Shown here: positions 26,378 to 29,694 of the stretch, one piece after another | Layout: the number at the start of each line of letters is the position of its first letter | Position numbering within the stretch: the stretch's first letter is position 1 | IMG/VR virus record: IMGVR_UViG_3300033067_000467 | Location: 1-29,694 of that record | Reading direction: 5' to 3' (one strand) | Length of the DNA stretch: 29,694 bases | Source of the DNA: a virus | Lineage: Duplodnaviria; Caudoviricetes | The notes under the pieces: generated by a model | The model's database searches: none | Seen by the model: the letters and a program-made list of their open reading frames with translations, nothing else | Told to the model about the DNA's origin: nothing | Program-made: the position numbers and the translations under genes

Positions 26378-27555
26378 GCGGCGGTCACGAGCCCGAACGT
26401 GCGGGTCGTATCTAGGCAGTTCTCGACCGCGTCACCGAACGTCGACGACAGCGACGTCTTCGGTTCCTGTTCGTACTGTGCCGCCCACGCGTCCGGGCCG
26501 ACCGTCCGCTTCTGACGGTCCATCTTCACGATCGCGAGGTCCATCAGCTCTTCGGGTGTCAGCTTCGACACGTCGATGTTGTGATCTTCCATCAGCCATG
26601 CGGCCGGGACCCGCGGCACGAACCTATTGCGCCGGTCGTCCCAACAGGTCGCCGGCCACGACACGAGATGGTCGACGACACCCTCGTCGAGCAGCCGTTC
26701 GTAGATGTCGCCCTGGCCGATGCGCGTCCCGCAGATGAAGATCCGCAACGGCTTCGACGGCGTCCCACGGTTGAAGTACGTCTGGCGGAGGATCTTCAGA
26801 TATCGGGCGGTCTGCGACAGCGACACGGTCGACTGGACGTCATCGACGATCAGGGTGTCGGCACGCGACCCGTACGCTCGGGACAAGATCGCATAAGCGG
26901 CGATCGTCGGGTCCTTCGCGTCGTTGTTCGAGCCCATCACGGTCAGGCGCCCGCCACCCCACGGCTTCTTGTGGTTACGTTCCTGGCCCGGCTCGTAGAA
27001 CGGCCCGTACCGGGCGACCAACGCCGAGAAGTCCGCGGTCTCGTTCCCGACGAGCACTTCCGTCTCGTTACGGAACCGCTTGGAGATCTGCGTCACGAAG
27101 TCATCGACGAGCGACGACGCCTCCGAGACGTACATGATCCGATGGTCCGGGTCCTCAGCGACCGTGCGGGTCACCCAGTCGAGGATCACCGACGACTTCC
27201 CCGACCCCGGCCACACGTTGAACATCGTGATCTCGCCACGTTCCGTCGCGTCGAGCGCCTCAGCGAGCGCCAACTGGTGCGCGAGATGCCGACGGTGGCA
27301 GTACCGGGCCGACCAGTCCGCCATCGACAGGTTGTCATCCGCCCGAGGGCGGCGCCGATGCCTGTGCAGCGACTCGGTGACCTGACCGGCCCACACCGGG
27401 AACTTCCGCCGGTGGTACTGGTACGACTTGTCGGAGAACCCGACGACAGCGAGCGCATCCTTGATGGTCATCCCATCCGACACCAGCTCGAGGACCCGGT
27501 CGCGTTTCAGTTGCGCGGCCTTGTACCTCTTCACCGTCGGCGACGCCTCATCCAC
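26374..27555 (-). CDS. terL: terminase large subunit ATPase domain with N-terminal HTH
   Basis: Walker A PGSGKS, Walker B LIVDD, coupling motif GTR, YEQEP; N-terminal VLELVSDGMTIKDALAVVG HTH; likely leaderless GTG start at 27555. Confidence 0.85.
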   Translation of the reverse strand: MDEASPTVKRYKAAQLKRDRVLELVSDGMTIKDALAVVGFSDKSYQYHRRKFPVWAGQVTESLHRHRRRPRADDNLSMADWSARYCHRRHLAHQLALAEALDATERGEITMFNVWPGSGKSSVILDWVTRTVAEDPDHRIMYVSEASSLVDDFVTQISKRFRNETEVLVGNETADFSALVARYGPFYEPGQERNHKKPWGGGRLTVMGSNNDAKDPTIAAYAILSRAYGSRADTLIVDDVQSTVSLSQTARYLKILRQTYFNRGTPSKPLRIFICGTRIGQGDIYERLLDEGVVDHLVSWPATCWDDRRNRFVPRVPAAWLMEDHNIDVSKLTPEELMDLAIVKMDRQKRTVGPDAWAAQYEQEPKTSLSSTFGDAVENCLDTTRTFGLVTAA

Positions 27556-27559
27556 GCGC

Positions 27560-27582
27560 GGATTATTGCACACCCTGTGCAA
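27560..27582 (-). promoter_or_regulatory. putative late, leaderless promoter with TTGCAC-N5-GTGCAA palindrome
   Basis: Minus strand TTGCACAGGGTGTGCAATAATCC; AATAAT ends 6 nt before the GTG. Confidence 0.55.
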
Positions 27583-27586
27583 GAAC

Positions 27587-27615
27587 GTGACACATGGCCC
27601 CGACCCTGCCACAAT
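27587..27615 (+). promoter_or_regulatory. promoter for the Tad1-like operon
   Basis: GTGACA, 17 bp, CACAAT with a TGn extension; AAGGAG RBS downstream. Confidence 0.5.
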
Positions 27616-27647
27616 CAGCCGAGAACACCGACAACAAGGAGCACGCA

Positions 27648-27977
27648 ATGCACCAGCCCTACGTCAACGCCTTCCGACTCGACGAGAACGGCAAGCCAGC
27701 CGGTGGCTCGTCGCACGCGACCGGCATCCAGATCGAGTGGCAGAACGGGCCGCTCGGCGCACCCGACGACCCCGAACGCAAGGAGCCGAACGGCGCGTTC
27801 GTCCAGACGATCATCGCCATCGCACGCGACCGCATCCAGTGGTACAACGACAACGGGTTCGCGTGCCGCGAGAACTCCTGTGCGATCACCAAGCTCGACG
27901 AGGCGCAGCACTGGCTCAACGACCGCACGAATCGGCGCACCGCGCAGGGCGTCGAAGGCACCCACCAGGGGAACTGA
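27648..27977 (+). CDS. tad1: Tad1-like anti-Thoeris/anti-CBASS nucleotide sponge (109 aa)
   Basis: WQNGP...NG...IARDRIQWY...FACRENSCAITKLDEAQHWLNDRT.RR...GVEGT matches the Tad1 pattern as I recall it (FQxG...DRL..FQ...F..RENA.A.T..EEAL.W...R...R..RGV.GT). Confidence 0.8.
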   Translation: MHQPYVNAFRLDENGKPAGGSSHATGIQIEWQNGPLGAPDDPERKEPNGAFVQTIIAIARDRIQWYNDNGFACRENSCAITKLDEAQHWLNDRTNRRTAQGVEGTHQGN

Positions 27978-28015
27978 CGGCAGCCCTAACCGCTATGCCC
28001 GTGCCAGGAGGAACC

Positions 28016-28207
28016 GTGATCGAATCCGCCTACCCGACAACCGCCGCCGCCACGATCCGCAAACTCGGCCGCACGATCCACGAACCCGAGCTCGGCGTCC
28101 GGGCCGCGACGATCACCGAACGCAACCCCGAATGGGCCGCACGCATCCGCGACCTGCTCGTCGCCCTCGCCGGCCACGCCGGCTGGTCCGAAACCGGCAG
28201 CCGATGA
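28016..28207 (+). CDS. hypothetical protein (63 aa)
   Basis: AGGAGG RBS before the GTG at 28016; ATGA overlap with the next ORF. Confidence 0.55.
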   Translation: MIESAYPTTAAATIRKLGRTIHEPELGVRAATITERNPEWAARIRDLLVALAGHAGWSETGSR

Positions 28208-28311
28208 AACCCGCCAAGATCGCCGCCGGCCTCGCAGCCGGCCTCGCAGCCGGAACCATCGTCTACGCAGCCCTCTGCCACGCCCTCGCCCGAGCCTGGG
28301 GCCAATGGTAA
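28204..28311 (+). CDS. 35-aa membrane peptide
   Basis: MKPAKIAAGLAAGLAAGTIVYAALCHALARAWGQW; overlaps both neighbours. Confidence 0.5.
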   Translation: MKPAKIAAGLAAGLAAGTIVYAALCHALARAWGQW

Positions 28312-28508
28312 CCCGACACCGCCCCAACCAAACCCGAGCACGCCACGAACCACCCCGCGGCTACACCGCCGTCACCTGCTGGTGCGAACAGAACATCGTC
28401 CACGTCCCCGAACGATGGATCATCAACCTCCGCACCGACACCTGCGGCCAACCCAACTGCCACCCACCCGCCGGAACCCCCGACCCCACCTACCCCTGGC
28501 CGTACTAA
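28305..28508 (+). CDS. small Cys-rich protein (67 aa)
   Basis: CWC...CGQPNC possible metal site; last ORF before the non-coding region. Confidence 0.5.
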   Translation: MVTRHRPNQTRARHEPPRGYTAVTCWCEQNIVHVPERWIINLRTDTCGQPNCHPPAGTPDPTYPWPY

Positions 28509-28778
28509 AACCCCAGGTCAGAAGGGGGTTGACAGCCATGATTAGAATCTAGGAAGAGCGGCGCGCACGCGCGGCAAGGGGACAGAGCCACCAGGCCCCC
28601 CACACCAGCCGCCCCAAGCAGCCGAAACCCGGCGTACCCATGTCTTCGCTTCGTTATCGGTAGCGCGCTCGAGCACACCCAACACACAGCGAGGGTCCAA
28701 AATCGACCGACCCACAGTACGAGTCACACCCCTTACAGGGGTGCCGGCCGGGTCGGGCACTGTGCCCGGTCAAACGTG

Positions 28779-28845
28779 TGTGTAGTCACGGGCTGACTAC
28801 TCATGTTCAGGTCGGTTGGGTGAGTAGTCCGAGGTTGACTACTCA
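28779..28845. repeat. two tandem palindromes TG(A/T)GTAGTC-N7-GACTACTCA, period 42 bp
   Basis: 28779-28803 and 28821-28845, each followed by TG.TC(A)GGTCG. Confidence 0.85.
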
Positions 28846-28911
28846 TGCTCGGTCGATACCTGGGGGGGTATGTGTTTCCACCGCTCTAAGGGCTCGCAAC
28901 CTCACACAATG

Positions 28912-28961
28912 TGACGTGATCTGACGTGATCTGAGACAACCTGACGTGAACTGACAGGAGT
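28912..28961. repeat. five phased 10-bp repeats, consensus TGACGTGA(T/A)C
   Basis: TGACGTGATC, TGACGTGATC, TGAGACAACC, TGACGTGAAC, TGACAGGAGT. Confidence 0.8.
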
Positions 28962-29050
28962 TACGTTCTCCCCCGGGTGCTGTGGCCTGGTGTTTCGTGG
29001 GTCTGTGTTGTGCTGTCGGGTGAGTGTGACGGATGTCACGTTGTGGGGGC

Positions 29051-29079
29051 TTGACAGCTTGGGGTGGGTGGCGCATGAT
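29051..29079 (+). promoter_or_regulatory. sigma70/SigA-type early promoter
   Basis: TTGACA, 17 bp, CATGAT; followed by leader hairpin GCACCGG-N8-CCGGTGC (29087-29108) and GGGAGG RBS. Confidence 0.7.
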
Positions 29080-29128
29080 GCTCGTGGCACCGGACGTCTG
29101 ACCGGTGCGTGACCTTGGGAGGGTTGAT

Positions 29129-29694
29129 ATGAGTGACCGTGCAAGCTACAGAGAACGACGCGAGGCGCGCGCCGAACGGCTCCGGACGTGGGCGGATTCG
29201 CGCGAGCAGAAGGCCGAGGCGGCTTTGGCGAAGGCGCACGGCATGGCCGATGCGATCCCGTTCGGGCAGCCGATCGCCACAGATCACTACTCGGCGGGTC
29301 GTGACGTCCGCTACCGGGAACGGATGCGGTCGACGATGGCGCGCGGCTTCGAGCATGTCAAGAAGGCCGAAGAGATGCGCCGTCGTGCCGAAGAGATCGA
29401 ACGTCAGGCGGCACGGTCGATCTACTCGGACGACGGCGACGCTGCCGACAAGCTGCGGGCGCGTATCGCCGAGCTCGAAGCGGCACGCGCCCGCATCAAC
29501 GCGTTCAACGCGTCATGTCGGAAGGGCACGCCGGACGCGTCGCTGTTGGACGAACGGCAGCGACGTGACCTGATGTCGCTGGTGAAGCACGCTTCCTACC
29601 AGCTGCGCAAGGGCGGCCAATTCCCCGCGTACGCGACGAGCAACCTTGCCGGCCGGATCAAGAAGGATCGGGACCGGCTCGCGGCGATGGAAGC
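29129..29694 (+). CDS. DUF3560-domain protein, 3' truncated by window end (not in ORF track)
   Basis: Manual translation MSDRASYRERREARAERLRTWADSREQKA...ADAIPFGQPIATDHYSAGRD...IYSDDGDAADKLRARIAELE...YATSNLAGRIKK; IPFGQPI..HYS is the DUF3560 signature. Confidence 0.8.
   Translation, partial: MSDRASYRERREARAERLRTWADSREQKAEAALAKAHGMADAIPFGQPIATDHYSAGRDVRYRERMRSTMARGFEHVKKAEEMRRRAEEIERQAARSIYSDDGDAADKLRARIAELEAARARINAFNASCRKGTPDASLLDERQRRDLMSLVKHASYQLRKGGQFPAYATSNLAGRIKKDRDRLAAME

Noticed and set aside
28529-28556. Second TTGACA as a promoter
   Set aside because: No acceptable -10 at 16-18 bp spacing (TAGAAT is only 8 bp away).
28779-28961. Mini CRISPR array
   Set aside because: Only two long units with ~17-bp similar linkers, plus contiguous decamers; no unique spacers and no cas genes.
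29133-29573. 146-aa ORF in the track
   Set aside because: Wrong frame; the frame starting at 29129 has the RBS and the DUF3560 motifs.

Overview
About 30 kb of a high-GC, probably actinobacterial, tailed phage or prophage with podovirus-like architecture (no tape measure, tail tube or sheath; large internal virion proteins instead). A minus-strand late region runs from ~27555 to 1232: HTH-terminase ATPase, separately encoded terminase nuclease, two small genes, portal, four internal virion/ejection proteins, scaffold, major capsid, small zinc-finger and Ig genes, tailspike, fibres, adaptor, nozzle-like protein and amidase endolysin. On the + strand are a replication initiator with internal iteron-like repeats, a divergent operon led by a Tad1-like anti-defence sponge, a repeat-rich non-coding region (possible genome end or control region) and the start of a DUF3560 gene missing from the ORF track. 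The most unusual signals are: (1) a promoter-driven, multi-hairpin ~125-nt non-coding RNA (1037-1162) whose C-rich loop is exactly complementary to the ribosome-binding site of the DUF3560 gene 28 kb away; (2) a palindromic promoter element shared by the terminase and scaffold/capsid genes; (3) a terminase split between its ATPase and nuclease domains; (4) genes flanked by direct repeats that span translation-start junctions. All family calls come from motif recognition by eye; no database searches were run.
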